From contig NC_090416.1 of assembly GCF_036365525.1 (NCBI RefSeq), forward strand, positions 14,188,323-14,252,322: a stretch of 64,000 bases of DNA, read 5' to 3'. The translations under genes were made by a program, and so were the position numbers. A model generated the notes under the pieces. That model had not been told where the DNA came from, ran no database searches, and worked only from the letters and a program-made list of their open reading frames with translations. Positions 63,244 to 64,000 of the stretch are shown here, in pieces. This stretch comes from Heterodontus francisci. Lineage: Eukaryota. Every line of letters begins with the position of its first letter. The first letter of the stretch is position 1.

Positions 63244-64000
63244 TATAATCATCTTGAAAAGAATAAGTTCATTATCGATAGTCAGCACGATTTTGTGAAG
63301 GGTAGGTCGTGCCTCACAAACCTTATTGAGTTTTTCGAGAAGGTGACCAAACAGGTGGATGAGGGTAAAGCAGTGGATGTGGTGTATATGGATTTCAGTA
63401 AGGCGTTTGATAAGGTTCCCCACGGTAGGCTATTGCAGAAAATACGGAAGTATGAGGTTGAAGGTGATTTAGAGCTTTGGATCAGAAATTGGCTAGCTGA
63501 AAGAAGACAGAGGGTGGTGGTTGATGGCAAATGTTCATCCTGGAGTTTAGTTACTAGTGGTGTACCGCAAGGATCTGTTTTGGGGCCACTGCTGTTTGTC
63601 ATTTTTATAAATGACCTGGAAGAGGGTGTAGAAGGGTGGGTTAGTAAATTTGCGGATGACACGAAGGTCGGTGGAGTTGTGGATAGTGCCGAAGGATGTT
63701 GTAGGGTACAGAGGGACATAGATAGGCTGCAGAGCTGGGCTGAGAGATGGCAAATGGAGTTTAATGCGGAAAAGTGCGAGGTGATTCACTTTGGAAGGAG
63801 TAACAGGAATGCAGAGTACTGGGCTAATGGGAAAATTCTTGGTAGTGTAGATAAACAGAGAGATCTTGGTGTCCAGGTGCATAAATCCCTGAAGGTTGCT
63901 ACCCAGGTTAATAGGGCTGTTAAGAAGGCATATGGTGTGTTAGCTTTTATTAGTAGGGGGATCGAGTTTCGGAGCCACGAGGTCATGCTGCAGCTGTACA
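63244..64000 (+). mobile_element. Young 5'-truncated CR1 LINE with uninterrupted RT frame, running off the window
   Basis: ~252 open codons: [58 protein letters not shown]. Confidence 0.93.

Overview
Eukaryotic, intron-rich vertebrate DNA. The repeat complement (DeuSINE/SacSINE-like, HE1-like V-SINE, CR1, L2, RTE, Penelope-like ends) points to a cartilaginous fish, probably a shark; this is an inference. Two complete + strand genes were reconstructed by hand with GT-AG junctions and consistent phases: PSMD4/Rpn10 (10 coding exons, 9191-24630, 378 aa) and PRUNE1 (8 coding exons, 30704-50257, 454 aa). The first ~4.4 kb looks like the 3' UTR of an upstream gene, possibly PIP5K1A by synteny only. 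A probable first coding exon of another + strand gene lies at 60436-60524, possibly BNIPL by synteny only. Most supplied ORFs are spurious or LINE fragments. The most notable observation is a family of short TSD-flanked, often self-inverted Penelope-type elements carrying a minimal type I hammerhead ribozyme motif with stem II covariation; one copy with an intact core lies in the sense strand of PRUNE1 intron 5. Also notable are a 170-codon in-frame read-through of the last PSMD4 intron (Rpn10c-like isoform), a 1.5 kb G4/i-motif minisatellite in PSMD4 intron 1, a clean hAT MITE, and an AG|GTGAG recursive-splice-like site at the last PRUNE1 exon. Repeat boundaries are approximate and set by eye.
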